DNA of 59,971 bases, filler included, from Squatina squatina (GCA_031763465.1; 3 parts of 3 records of this genome joined end to end with filler, not necessarily neighbours in it), one strand, 5' to 3'; counted from the first letter of the whole stretch, positions 1 through 13,429 are shown. A program made the numbers and translations. The notes: generated by a model from the sequence alone, not told the origin.

Positions 1-3000
1 CACTGTCAAAACCTCCTTGAAAAACCAAACCGTTAAAATGAATTATGTTTAACATTAATGGTATTTTGTTTTGATCTGTCCAATTATGTCTTCCTTTTAA
101 AAATATGCTTTGAGCACTGATGACATTGATACAATAGAAGTAGTTTGGAAGGGTTACTGTGAGGTAACTGAATTAATACTTAATATTAATATTAGTACTT
201 GATGCTGAATCATCCTAGGCTGTGTCCATAATTAAAATTCAGCTCTCTCACGAACAGCCAAAAATAACACCTACAAGCCAGTACTCCCTGATGATACGAT
301 TGATGCTGGTTGTTTAAAAAAAAAACAAATCAACAGAAATAAAATTAAAAATAGATCTCAGTGACATTTTAATTCTTTATAATGTTTTTTTTCTCAAAGG
401 TCCTGATGGTTGAAGTCTATTTTATGGAAAACCATAAGATTTAGATCATTCATGTTCTATTCCTGTATTGTACTGAATGTGTCACAGCTATAAAACTACA
501 TTTAATTTTCATAATTTTTTTTCTTATCACTATCTGACAAATACGAGAGCGAGATAGTTCATAAAAGTGACCTTGGTGAACAGATCCTCCAAACGCTCAA
601 CATTCTTTTTTAATAATTTAATTTGTACAACACAGATATAAAAATATTATTCTAATTATGTTCTCTGCACAGATCCACAACACACTACAAAATAGCAAGG
701 TTAGCATAAGTGGGGTGAACCCAAAATGGCTACTTTTGCAAATTCTGTAACATCTGCTATGGGTTTTGTCCTTGAGTTAACTGACCTGTGGCAATGCAGC
801 AATATTAACTCTACCTGCTGAGATATTTTATAATGAGATCGCACACAGACTCACACATGGAAAGAGAGACTGATATTTATGGCAATAAAGCAAAATGACA
901 AGATTTCTCAGCTAATTATAAGCATCCCGTATTCTTGCCCTACATAACATGAAACACTGATTCTCAAGACTTTGCGGTTTCCAAAAAGTGAAGAGGTTCA
1001 ACACCTCAGTTTTTTCTTCATCATCTTGTAGATGCTTCCTAGATAATGAATGAATTCAAGGAACCGGATGAGATACTGGATTCTTGAAAAGTCGGCAGAC
1101 AGAACCTCATCCCTCGACCCGTTGAGACGAGAATATGGCACATNNNNNNNNNNNNNNNNNNNNNNNNNNNNNNNNNNNNNNNNNNNNNNNNNNNNNNNNN
1201 NNNNNNNNNNNNNNNNNNNNNNNNNNNNNNNNNNNNNNNNNNNGAAGACATTTTTTTTTAAGATTGTTACAAATCTCATAAGTGCTTCACAATTGGGGCT
1301 CAGCATCACAGGGCTTTACCGCACTATGGGACATTTCTTAATTCATTGCTCTTAACAGACAAACCAAAGCTGTACGACTGGTTCGGCTGCCGTTCCATTC
1401 TTGTGTCTAAAAACTTCTTCCGCCAAGAAACAGTTACAGTTTTTCTCTTTTTATTTTAATGAAAAGAAAATGAGTCCGGTTTGTCTGCCAGAAATCCATT
1501 ATTGTCACAACAATTTTAATGTTTAAAATGTAATGCAACTTTTCAAACCCATTTGTTGAATCACATTAACCTAACCTCATTTATTCAGCAGTTTTCAACT
1601 ACTGAAGCGTATACTTTTTAAATGAACAAATGTTTTGTTGATTGAACGACAGCCAAGTGTCAGTAATAGATAAACAAACGCTTCACTGCAAAGCTGAGAA
1701 TAAGGCGGAAATATCTATGTAGATCACACTTAACATGTTAGTAATTTGAACCAACATTACCCACAACACACAATTTACTCCAGAAATAAAACAAAGATTG
1801 GTTTTGTGTTCTGGATTGTAGCAGTTTATGTAAGATTTCATGTAAAGTCATTATATATGGACACATTCTTCGGTTTCCTGTGGTTTTTGACACACATGAA
1901 CTGACAGATCTAAAGGAGCAATTTTCTCATTTCTACAGAATAAAGGGTCTTAGCCTAGATGACCAATTACTGTGTCTTAAAAAACATTCTTTTTTGTCAG
2001 CCTATTTAGCGTTTGCTGCTCCTTGCAACATTCCCTCTGCTAAAAGGTGAATTGCTATAATAAACACAACATTCTTTGTTATAATTCAAGCTTTCCCCCA
2101 AATATTTTAACACATTTTCATTGCAAAATGAACAGATCCACACCACCTATGAACTGTAATATGTACTGTTATGTGCAGTGTGAATGAGATTGTGCACCAC
2201 AGGACTAATTTCCCTTTTCCCACTGTATTTTGAACTGAAAAATACTGGGGTCCCCAGCATGTTCTCCTGTCCATGCTAAAAGGTGGTAAGTATCACATTG
2301 TCAGAGCATATTAATTCAGGCTAATACACATTGTTGAATTTATTTATGAATGAGAAAATCACACAGAAACAAAAACATACAACATGAAACTATTGGTACA
2401 ATATTTTTCTTACTCAGCACGTAAACTATTTCAAACCAATAAAAGTCCTTGGTCTTCAGCGGTTCCTTTCAATAGCTTTTGAACTGAGTCTCTGATGAAT
2501 TGTAAAGTAACAAAGAACTCCAATGAGTTTGTTTTGGCTGTTTCCTGGAAATATGCAATGCAAAAAAAGGAACTAAAGTCCTCATGGGGAAACCCCTGTT
2601 TATCATCTATTTTTTTCTTGAAATTCCAAGTTAATATTAGTGTTTCAATGACATGAGGCAATTTCTGAGGCATTAATGTTAATTGTTACTAGAGGCAACC
2701 ATGTCACTGTGGGGAACCACCTGGGCCAAATGGATCCTTGAAAATATTGATATCTCTAAGCATTTTGTATATAGCTTTTCTCCTTTGACATAAGAATAAA
2801 AGAAGGCAATAGCACAAATTCTTTGGCTACCAACGCTGGTTGTGCTGGAATGAGTAATCAGGGGTCCTATAATTGGATACATCATCACCATCAAAAAGTT
2901 GTGTAAGAGCACAATGTAAATATTATACTACATTTAAATTATGTATAGTGTGGCTGTCCATTCACATATGACAGAGTTGTGCTGTGTGCTTTTGTCCATC

Positions 3001-4228
3001 TGGGATTGATTAGAGGGAAGCTCCATATGTCCCTTAAGGGGCAAAGACCTATGAGCTTTTTTTTTTATCTCAAGTTTTACAATATGTTTTTATTCATTTT
3101 TCTGGCATTATGAGAAATTAATGGTTTTGGTCAAAGTACTCTGCAATATTTATGAGAGACTTATAATAGTCAAATATTCTCCATTAATTCACCACAAAGT
3201 AGACTGTAATTGAAGAAAGAAAAAGACATCAGCAGAATGGGTATAGCCTAAAAAAGAGGGGCCATGAGAAAGGAGCTCTTATAATAAAATTATCGCAGGA
3301 GCTCNNNNNNNNNNNNNNNNNNNNNNNNNNNNNNNNNNNNNNNNNNNNNNNNNNNNNNNNNNNNNNNNNNNNNNNNNNNNNNNNNNNNNNNNNNNNNNNN
3401 NNNNTTTCCACAGGTAAAATTAAGAACTCACTTGTTAGTTGGTGCAAATATTCCCCATGTAATCAATCCATTTCTGTTTTTTTCCCCCAATTTCAGCTGT
3501 TAAAACTCTTGGCGACTTTTATCACTGGACTACCCCCCCCACCACATTACATATAATTCTCCTTGGGGTAGAAACTGATTTGCGTGGGATTAGTAACAAA
3601 AACATTGATACACTCATAAAATTCCTCTGCTCCCTATTTTAACCAAGACCTTAGTCCATTTATGGAAAACCTCTGAGCAGCTTTGTTGAAATGGTGGACA
3701 GAGGAAATGCGCAGGAATACGTTTGTTTCTATTATTGCACAGCACAGTTTCAATCCAGTTGTTCCAAAGAACAGAGGAGCAAGGACAGAATTGATGATTT
3801 TACAAAAAAAATTTTTCTAGCAAATATTGATTAAATATTCTGGAAAAATAAATATATAGCAGAACAGAATTTTTACCAGAATGTTCTTTGGGAAGAATGT
3901 GAATAGTGAGCTACATCCTGATAGCTTACTTAATATTCAGGTTCAAGTTGTTCTCTAATGTGTAAGTGTGAGAATATCACTGGCAGGTTACACATAATTT
4001 GCATGATATTTAAAAATTATATTTATTAAAATCGGCATTACTAAAAATAAAAAAATAACAGTCAAAATTTTTCATAAACATCTTGCAGAGGACTGAGAGC
4101 TGGTCTTCTGAAGTTGGGGTTAAGATGCATTGGTGGAGAGAGTACAAGGAGTTTTACTCTGCATATGGGTGTGCTCCACCTGCCCAAAGTGGAGAAATAT
4201 TCCACATCCTTCACTTAATAAGCATAAA

Positions 4229-4266
4229 ACTCACCCCCGCCACCAACACTCACCCCCGCCACCAAC
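4229..4266. repeat. 19-bp tandem repeat (2 visible copies) running into a gap
   Basis: ACTCACCCCCGCCACCAAC occurs at 4229-4247 and again at 4248-4266, then Ns begin. Confidence 0.8.
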
Positions 4267-5637
4267 NNNNNNNNNNNNNNNNNNNNNNNNNNNNNNNNNN
4301 NNNNNNNNNNNNNNNNNNNNNNNNNNNNNNNNNNNNNNNNNNNNNNNNNNNNNNNNNNNNNNNNNNGATTGGACAAAATAATATTTCCCACTTAGGAATC
4401 CAAACACAACTTAACCTGTTTCTTTATTGCATCAATAGCATTTGTTTCTTTTCCTGTTGGGACTAACGAGACTAATTCCTTTAACTCAGTAGAGCACGAC
4501 TCTGCTGACAGATCGGCTTTACACACCCTTTGGCTGCTGATGTAGTTCCTCTCCATTTCTACACACAAGAAGTGAGTCAATTTCCTACAATTGTATCCTT
4601 ATTTTCTAATGTGTTTGTTCATTTACACAAAGTTATTAAATATTAGTGGAAGCTTTCAAATAAAACACTGGAGGAAGCACAAAATTTAGCCAGTTGTGAT
4701 GACTTCTTTCTCGACCTCCAACAGGAAGTGTCACTTACCAGCAGCAGTCCAACACCTCAAACTACAAGTAGGACAATCTCAAAACTCTTACTGCCCTAGT
4801 GGAGTGGATGTGTAATAATATCATTACATGCGTTCCTTTACAACAATGCTACAAGTATTTATTTTCACAGAGTCCTCCACCTCTGTAATAAGCTGCCAGT
4901 GCATGCAGTGTGAGCTCCAGACCTTTAAAAGGGAGCTGGATGAATTCCTGCAAGTGGAAGACACAGGAGATAGGTGAATTAACTTGGACTACTGATGTCG
5001 GCCACCATGGTATCCTGGGGAAGGGTCTGAGTTTTTTTCTTAACTTGACCTAACATTTTTTTTGCCTCTCCCAGGAGATTTCATGACTGCGTGCTGGGAG
5101 ATGGGAGGTACGTGTAGGTTGCACCATGTTGGGACAGGACATCCTTGATGGAGCAAGTTATCATCCGCTGTCCTCTTTCAAATGTGGAATGTCGTGACTA
5201 CTAAGACCCTTAACTCTCCTTAGCTATTTCAACACATTCACCATGGTGAATGTGTGCCATCTATTTTTCCGTGTTATGTGCAGTTCCTTGAACTTGTCNN
5301 NNNNNNNNNNNNNNNNNNNNNNNNNNNNNNNNNNNNNNNNNNNNNNNNNNNNNNNNNNNNNNNNNNNNNNNNNNNNNNNNNNNNNNNNNNNNNNNNNNNN
5401 NNNNNNNNNNNNNNNNNNNNNNNNNNNNNNNNNNNNNNNNNNNNNNNNNNNNNNNNNNNNNNNNNNNNNNNNNNNNNNNNNNNNNNNNNNNNNNNNNNNN
5501 NNNNNNNNNNNNNNNNNNNNNNNNNNNNNNNNNNNNNNNNNNNNNNNNNNNNNNNNNNNNNNNNNNNNNNNNNNNNNNNNNNNNNNNNNNNNNNNNNNNN
5601 NNNNNNNNNNNNNNNNNNNNNNNNNNNNNNNNNNNNN

Positions 5638-6085
5638 GGGGAGGGCCGCCGGCCATCCTGACGGCGCCCCGCGGCCCGACGCTGGGCCACCAGCGACGCC
5701 GGCGACCGGGCCAGTCGGCGGGTTAGGTGAGGGGTCTGGTGGCCCAATCCAGCCGTGGGCCACTATCATTCGGCCGACATGAAAGTCAGCTGATAAATAA
5801 GGATGGCGAAAGCAGGTGCACAAGCCCTCCCCTGTCAGAGGGGCCGTTGCAGCGACAGGCTTTGCTGCTGTTGCAACTGCCCAGCGCTGAGTCGCTTCCC
5901 GCAGGTGAATTCTGCCCACGGGATGCAAACGGGCTGCTCAGGGGGGGTGGCGGCTGCGCGGTGCGGTTTGGCACACGTCTTGATGGTGTCACGACGCGCC
6001 GACCCGCCGCGGAATTCAGCTGGCCAGGCGCAAAGACCCATTAGCGCCCCTCGGAGGCGGTAACAGGGTGCAACAGGAGATGAAT
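5638..6085. mobile_element. GC-rich non-autonomous DNA transposon end (Harbinger-like, approximate bounds)
   Basis: CpG-rich block with TAGCGCC motifs ending in GAATTTCGAGCCC (reverse complement GGGCTCGAAATTC). Similar GG(G)..GAAATT termini occur at ~6825, ~16955 and 31515. Family assignment is inference. Confidence 0.5.
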
Positions 6086-7324
6086 TTCGAGCCCCAAATG
6101 TTTAAATCATATTTTCCCCATGTGAAAAACCACAACTGTAGAAGTTGTTTTGTCAAGCATTGGCTCAGGAAAATGGCATTAAAAATCAAGAAATTGTATC
6201 CCCAAATTTCCACAGGCAGCAATCGTGGCCATTGCACTGGGATCCCGTCCATTGGTGACTTCCAACAATGCCTCTGCCAGAGTTTGCAGGGTGAGTGTGA
6301 GGACACCTCATGAACACGAGCCAGGCTGGTGCAAGCACTACTTTGGGCACATCTTTGGTGTCCACATGTTTCACGTCAGTAGAAATTCAGCTGGCCACCT
6401 GCTTATAAGGCTGCCCCATGCCTCCTTCCCCCAACTCTAGCAATGTTCAACAGGGCTGCCAGCAGGGGGAATGATCCAGGATTTAAAAGAAATCTTCTTT
6501 GGGAGTCTTACCATGCCTGGACCTCATGGTGGGACCTCCAAGCACTCTGGTGGGGGCTGGCATGCGTCATCTTTCTCAACGAACTAGTGGCCACGCCTAT
6601 GCGAGGTCCCCAGTCAGCCTCAGGAATGGGCATTCTGGCCTAGGAAGACACCCGCCCTAGGCTCCGTCCCCATTGGCCCACCATTTGTCTTTTAAGGGGC
6701 AGACAAAAGTTCCATCCATTACGAGGCAACCAGGAAACTCCCAGAAATGTGGAGAGCTGGCGCAATCAAGTTTTCCTGAGCATTCCGTCAGTCTCCAGGC
6801 AGGAGACTAGCAGAATACTAGAGGAATTTCGGGACCTGTATTTCCAGGCAGCCCTGGGAGTTGAACTTAAATTCTAGTTGATAATCAAGTGCTGAACTAC
6901 CATATGGCCGTGACAGCATCTATTAATCAGTAGCTTATATTATTATATTTTATATGTTGAAATGAAACATCAGGCACAGTCGGAAATTATTTTATACTGA
7001 AAGTTTTTTTATGTGTGAATAGTCTGCAGCAGTCAATGCCATGGTTACAGACAGTTAGTAATGGAATACATAAAACCTTGATTTCCTTTGACCCACCCTG
7101 CATTCTCAGTAATGTGGAACTGTAGTAGTGTGGTAATGGTATGCAGGATATTCCCTCCCTAGCACAAGTCATTTTGACAAGAGTTTTGGATACATAATCC
7201 CATGGAGCACCCTGGAGCACTGTATAAAAAAAGAGAACTGTTTATATACGCTGAATATCTGACTTTGATATTCACTGAAAGTTTAAATAAGCCATCTGAC
7301 ATATTTACTGTGGTAGGCTACCTT

Positions 7325-7550
7325 CATAGAATGTTTACAGCACAGAAGGAGGCCATTCGGCCCGTCGAGCCTGTGCCAGCTCTCTGCAAGAGCACCTAAG
7401 CTGGTCCCACTTCTCTGCCCCTTCCCTGTAGCCCTGCAAACTTCCTCCTTTGAGGCACTTATCCAATTCCCTTTTGAAAGCCACTGTTGAGTCTGCCTCC
7501 ATCATCCTTTCAGGCAGTGCATTCCAGATCCCAACCACTCGTTGTGTAAA
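7325..7550 (-). mobile_element. CR1 LINE 3' end fragment
   Basis: Minus-strand translation VGIWNALPERMMEADSTVAFKRELDKCL is the typical CR1 ORF2 C-terminus. It is followed by a CR1-like 3' UTR (GGCCGAATGGCCTCCTTCTGTGCTGTAA). Confidence 0.85.
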
Positions 7551-8649
7551 AACCTTAATGGATTATTTTTAATTTAAACTGGANNNNNNNNNNNNNNNNN
7601 NNNNNNNNNNNNNNNNNNNNNNNNNNNNNNNNNNNNNNNNNNNNNNNNNNNNNNNNNNNNNNNNNNNNNNNNNNNNNNNNNNNGGTTAATTCCTAATTTT
7701 CAACACCTGCAATTGACAATCCTTTTAGTGGGTGAGGGTGAGTGGGGGGGAGGGGGAGAGGAGATGGAACCAAATGCATTTCCCAAAATTGTCCCATAAT
7801 CCACCCAAATTTCTTCAGGAAGTATGACTTCTTCAGCATTATCTGGTATTCCAATCAATTACAATTTGTGAGATCTTATGTGGATATTGCCGACTGCTTT
7901 TTCCTAAATAATCTCTCCACTTCAACGTGATTCACTGCATGTGAAACGGTTTGTGACATTCCAAGACATATGGTAAGGTGCCACATAAATACAGGTCTTT
8001 TGTTCTTGTTTGTTATTTTACAGTTGCCAGGCTCAAGCTGATTTGGATACTGAACTTGTTACACTTCAGCCCTGCTGGCACTTGCGTTCCTGCTGTTACC
8101 ATGTGATATTTTATTTCTAGGCTTCAATAGAGCTATTGTTTCGACTTGCCATCAATCATAGCAATTGAACCCCATTCCTGTGATAGGCATTTGTCACTAA
8201 TGGCTATTTTTGCAATCACCATGGACAGAACATCAGTTAGCTAAATTGAAATGCTGCGCTTGTAAAAGGTACAGTCATATTTATACTACTTGGATCAAAT
8301 GGCAGCAAACTAGCTCAAATTACTGGTATGCTTCCACCTAATATCGTTCTTTGTGTATTCAGTTCATATACAATTACAATAGTGGATGCATGCACTACTA
8401 ATCATCAAGGAATAATCACAATAGTATCTGTCAACATCATTGTTAGATACGGNNNNNNNNNNNNNNNNNNNNNNNNNNNNNNNNNNNNNNNNNNNNNNNN
8501 NNNNNNNNNNNNNNNNNNNNNNNNNNNNNNNNNNNNNNNNNNNNNNNNNNNNCATGTTTTCAGTTACTCATTGTTTCTCCTCTTTTATATAAAGCATCCT
8601 GATGCAGTGCAACTTAATGCTATAATTTTTTTTTTTGACCTCTGTGTAG

Positions 8650-9479
8650 GTAAAAGGACTGAATCATTGTCAACAGCTTCTAGATTACTATCAGCAAATG
8701 AGCAGAGTACATTAAAGCGCATTAAAAAACATGGGCTCTATAGGCCCAGAACTCCAGAGCAGATTTACTTGACAGTCAATGCTATCCATAATTCCCTCAG
8801 ATTTGATGAAACAAATATAAACACCCTCTACAACAATACACTTTCAGACGATTGGGGTCGGCTCCTATGTCCTCTTGAAGACAAAGGGAAAAGACTCGCT
8901 GTTGTAGCAAAAAAGAATCACAAAATCAGAATCAGCTTCATTAATGATGTTCAACCAACAGACGACTGTGTTGATGCCAAAACACTCATCACTCCTTTTG
9001 AGTTAAAAGAGCAAAACCTTAATCAGAAGTCTACATTTCGCAGTCTCAGCATGAAACGTTTTGTAAAAAAACCGATTAAACGATCAAAATCGACCTCAGA
9101 CTTTGTAGACCCTGTCCAGTTTAATCCTCAAAAGAATAGACCCCAAACTGCACTTGAAGATATAGCTAAAAAGACGGGCCACCTAACAACTGGTTCAAAA
9201 GAAAGCAGTCAAGCCAAAAGCTTTATGATTACAAGTTCGGCAATACCCTCAATAGGTGCGAAATTGAAGCCACACCAAACAGTAGACATGGACCCATATC
9301 GAAACAAAAGCAGCTTCAGTCTTAAGACAGCAAAACAACAAAGGGAGTATGCAGCCAAAGTAGTCATGGATCACAATTTTAACCAGCAAAGAAAACAACA
9401 GGAAAAGGACAGAGCTAGCCGGAAGGCCTGGTTAAAGAAGGCCGAAGTACCTGAACTTGGGCCTTATTTGTATCTTTGA
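8650..9479 (+). CDS. Terminal coding exon (~275 aa, basic, K/S/T-rich) of an unidentified gene
   Basis: Polypyrimidine tract plus TGTAG acceptor ending at 8649 (phase 1). Then 830 nt with no stop in AT-rich DNA, TGA at 9477-9479, AATAAA at 9542-9547 and a downstream GU-rich tract (~9582). No family recognised. Confidence 0.75.
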
Positions 9480-10329
9480 GCTGATGAAATCTCATGTTTT
9501 AAAGCAGTTCATATATACAGTACATGTTAAGTAATGGGTGTAATAAATCTTTTGCCTACTGTAAAGCTAATGTTATCCATTTGTTTTTGTCAACTTTTGT
9601 ATGTGTTAGGTTAGAATCTGGGTAAGACGCATAAGTCATCATAACAAAGGAGTCAGTGTTTGAGAGCAGCACAACTTGTGTTGTAATGGAGAAGGTGCTA
9701 TTAAAGGATTATTCCAGCATACAGTTTCAAATAGGATTCACCAATAATGCAAACAAAGTTTGCATGTTTCCCCATATATTTAATTTCTTACTTCATGCAA
9801 AATATTCATTCTGATATACATTATACATAGATGGAGTGTAAATTAGTTATTGCAATCTTGGATGTATCATCTAAACGTTCTTAATCAAAATGGCCATTAA
9901 TCATTGCCCGATGCTCCAATTGAGTGAAGTGATTGCAAAGCAGCCGATAGTTACAGTACACTCTGCTGATACCGACTGTAGATGCAATCTATAAGTGATG
10001 AACCACGAATAAAATGTTTTTAAGCAAGACACGTATCTAATCATGTTGGGAAGTTCAACTCATTTAGCTTTGCTACTGAGTCCAATAGATGGATATTAAT
10101 GGATATAAATATAAGGTAATGCACGTTGAAATATGAAATACACACAATGAATGAGTCCTATTTAGGAAAAGTAATTGAGGACATGCCTGGAATTTACCTG
10201 CTGCAGACCTCTGGCTTTTTCAAAGTCAAGAGCACACCAATTCAGCAACTGTTCACTGAGACTCCAGAGAGGATGTATGGTACAGGGATTCTATTTTGTA
10301 GTTGGCCAGTAGACATGAAAGGGTTATCA

Positions 10330-10410
10330 TTCCTAATCTACATCCCAGGGTACTTAAGGAAGTGGTCCTAGAAATAGCAGATGCATTGCTGGTTATCTTC
10401 CAGAATTCTA
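10330..10410 (+). mobile_element. CR1 LINE ORF2 fragment
   Basis: Translates LHPRVLKEVVLEIADALLVIFQNS, the conserved pre-RT segment of CR1 ORF2. Confidence 0.85.
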
Positions 10411-10510
10411 NNNNNNNNNNNNNNNNNNNNNNNNNNNNNNNNNNNNNNNNNNNNNNNNNNNNNNNNNNNNNNNNNNNNNNNNNNNNNNNNNNNNNNNNNN
10501 NNNNNNNNNN

Positions 10511-11219
10511 CATCACAGTCCTCACTGTCACCATCACCGTCCTCACTGTCGTCGTCACCGTCGTCACCGTCACCGTCACCGTCATCACTGTCACCGTTGT
10601 CACCGTCACAGTCGTCACCATCATCACCGTCACCATCATCACCGTCACCGTCACCGTCATCACTGTCACCGTTGTCACCGTCACAGTCATCACTGTCATC
10701 ACCATCACCATTACTGTCACCGTTATCACCGTCACCATCAACGTCTCCGTTGTCTCCGTTACCGTTATCACTGTCGTCACCGTCACCATCATCACCATCA
10801 TCACCGTCACCGTCACCACCGTCATCACCATCACTGTCACCATCACCATCATCACTGTCACCGTCATCACCGTCACCGTCACTGTCATCACCATCACTGT
10901 CATCGTCACCGTCACCATCATCACTATCACTGTCACCGTCACAGTCACCGTCAGCCTCATCACCATCACCGTTGTCACCATCACCATCATCACTGTCACT
11001 GTCACCATCATCACCATCACCATTCTTACTGACACCATCATCACCATCACCGTCATCACTGTCGTTACCATCGTCACCATCCCCGTCATAGTCATCACTG
11101 TCACTCTCACTGTCATCGTCATCGTCATCACCGTCATCACCATCACCGTCCTCACTGTCACCGTCACCGTCCTCACTGTCACCGTCATCACCCTCACCGT
11201 CCAGACGTTCACCCTCACC
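10511..11219. repeat. Degenerate trinucleotide-phased low-complexity repeat (CAT/CAC/CGT/ACT); one minus frame reads D/G/S-rich
   Basis: 709-bp contig bounded by gaps and built from TCA/CCA/CCG/CTG triplets. Open in several frames (GDDGDSD..., VTVMM..., ITVT..., SPSS...). Confidence 0.9.
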
Positions 11220-11319
11220 NNNNNNNNNNNNNNNNNNNNNNNNNNNNNNNNNNNNNNNNNNNNNNNNNNNNNNNNNNNNNNNNNNNNNNNNNNNNNNNNN
11301 NNNNNNNNNNNNNNNNNNN

Positions 11320-11720
11320 CATAGACACTCCCATGTCCACAACCTTTAGTCACCTCTTCAAAAAATTCAATTGGGTTTGTTAGGCATGACCTGGCTCTCT
11401 CTAATCAACTGGAAATTTTTGACATGTTCAGTCACCCTATCCTTAGAGACTCTACCAATTTCCCAACAACAGACGTTAGGCTAACTGGTCTATAATTCTC
11501 TGGTTTCCCCCTCTCGCCATTCTTAAAAAGCGGAGTGATGTGCAATTTTCTAATCTAAAGGGAGGGTTCCTGTATCTAGAGAACTTTGGAAGATTATAGT
11601 TAGGGCACCTGCAATGTGCTCACCTACTTCCTTTAAAAACATGGGATGGAAACCATCGGGCACTGGGGATTTGTCACTCTAGGGTGCCATTATTTTCTTC
11701 ATTACCGTTCTTTTGCTTGC
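11320..11720 (-). mobile_element. CR1 LINE ORF2 (reverse transcriptase) fragment
   Basis: Minus strand reads DGFHPMFLKEVGEHIAGALTIIFQSSLDTG, then NYRPVSLTSVVGKL and NPIEFFEEVT-like segments, interrupted by frameshifts. Confidence 0.85.
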
Positions 11721-11869
11721 GTTAAATCCTAATCCTGTCCTCACTTGAAACCGATGCATGAAGTTTGTGACCAGGAACCCTGATTGATGTTTCTCTATTT
11801 TCCCCCCACCCACCCCTCTCCTTCAATCATTCTGTAGCATTCAGATAAGTCAGCACAGAGCAAAGATCA

Positions 11870-12330
11870 TACACCAATAACTTATATAGCACCTTTTTAA
11901 TGTAGTGAAACCCCCCCCAAGATGCTTCACAGGAGTGTAATCGGACATAGATTGACACCAAGCCGAAGAAGTAGATATTAGGATGTGAAAGCTTGGTCAA
12001 AGAAGTATGTTTTAAGGAGCATCTTAAAGAAAGATACAGTGGTTGAGGGGCAGAGAGGTTTAGGGAGGCAACTTCAGAGCTTAGGGTCATCCCAATGTTT
12101 AATTGGAGGAAACTACTGCTCATTCAGGATGAGAAGTCAAACAAGCAACACAAGCCTTAGTGGGGTTGAGAGCAGTGGTGGTGATGATTTAGAATTGAGT
12201 GTTGTCAGCATACATGTGTAAGCTGATATCATGTATTCGGATAATGTCACCAAGGGGCAGCATATAGCTGAGAAATAGAATGCTAAGGATAAATCCTTGG
12301 GGGTGCCCGAAGGTAATAGTGTGGGGTGGG
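11870..12330 (-). mobile_element. L2-like LINE remnant (RT core plus 3' tail)
   Basis: PQGFILSILFLSYMLPLGDIIRIHDISLHMYADNTQ matches the RT PQGS...YADD motifs. An L2/DeuSINE-type tail (..AGGTGCTATATAAG) lies at ~11880. Confidence 0.75.
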
Positions 12331-13429
12331 AAGAGAAATATTACAGGAGATTCTCTGGCTGCAACAACAACATGCATTTATATAGCACCTCTTAATGTAG
12401 CAAAACGCCCAANNNNNNNNNNNNNNNNNNNNNNNNNNNNNNNNNNNNNNNNNNNNNNNNNNNNNNNNNNNNNNNNNNNNNNNNNNNNNNNNNNNNNNNN
12501 NNNNNNNNNNNNCCCAATTCTGTAACATTGTCAATTCAAGCAATTTTATAGAAAGAAGTATTGCATTTGTACAATAGCTATATAGTCTTTCAGTGTAACT
12601 GGAAAGAATGCATTTGCCCAGGAAAGAGGGAAATTTTGTTACTAAACCTTTTCCTGGATGACCTATAAAATTGCTGCAAGTGCTGTTTTGTGCGGTAGCG
12701 CGTTCCCAGATGCAAGAGGAAGTTCTTTCTGTTTCTCAATGTTGCTTCTCAAAATGTTTCTCATCTTATTGCTGAACTCTCAGATTCATCTCCAAGTGCT
12801 TATGCCAAAGTATTGAGTCATGGAAGCAAAACCAAGGAAGAGGAACAGGAATTAGACATGATCAGGAAAAGTCGCTTTAAAGGTTCATGACAGTCACACN
12901 NNNNNNNNNTTGCAAATATGCCACTCAGACTGAAGTAAGGTGAACTAAAAATACCACAAGTTAAAAATTCAGGAAAAAAAGTTAACTGAACTGTTGAACC
13001 CTGCAAGGAAGAAGGATAACATGTACATTCGTGTGACTTTCACCTTAAGACTAAGCTGAGGAATTTTCCAGAAAGGGGTTCCTATGTAAACCTCACATGT
13101 TGAAGTTAGACTCCTCGGAGAGCACAGCAGAGGGATTCCTCTGGTCTGCTGTTAATTTAAAGTCTGTTCTGATTGGCTTCTTGCGATCACACCACTGACC
13201 TGTGACAGGAAATCACTGACAGGAAATAGCTGTGCAGAAGTGAAGTATAAAAGAGACCCCCTCCACCACACCCCCTCCCGCAGCAGTTGAAACAAAGAAA
13301 GGTTGTGNNNNNNNNNNNNNNNNNNNNNNNNNNNNNNNNNNNNNNNNNNNNNNNNNNNNNNNNNNNNNNNNNNNNNNNNNNNNNNNNNNNNNNNNNNNNN
13401 NNNNNNNTAATAGAAAAGAAAGCACAGGT

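Noticed and set aside
2431-2673. 80-aa minus-strand ORF with protein-like composition
   Set aside because: No convincing splice sites or recognisable family; its length is within chance expectation.
4416-4584. Candidate 169-bp minus-strand exon (KLTHFLCVEMERNY...DAIKKQ)
   Set aside because: The donor is plausible but the acceptor lacks a pyrimidine tract, and no homology was recognised.
5638-6065. CpG-island promoter
   Set aside because: Its motifs and terminus match the dispersed GC-rich transposon family, and no adjacent first exon was found.
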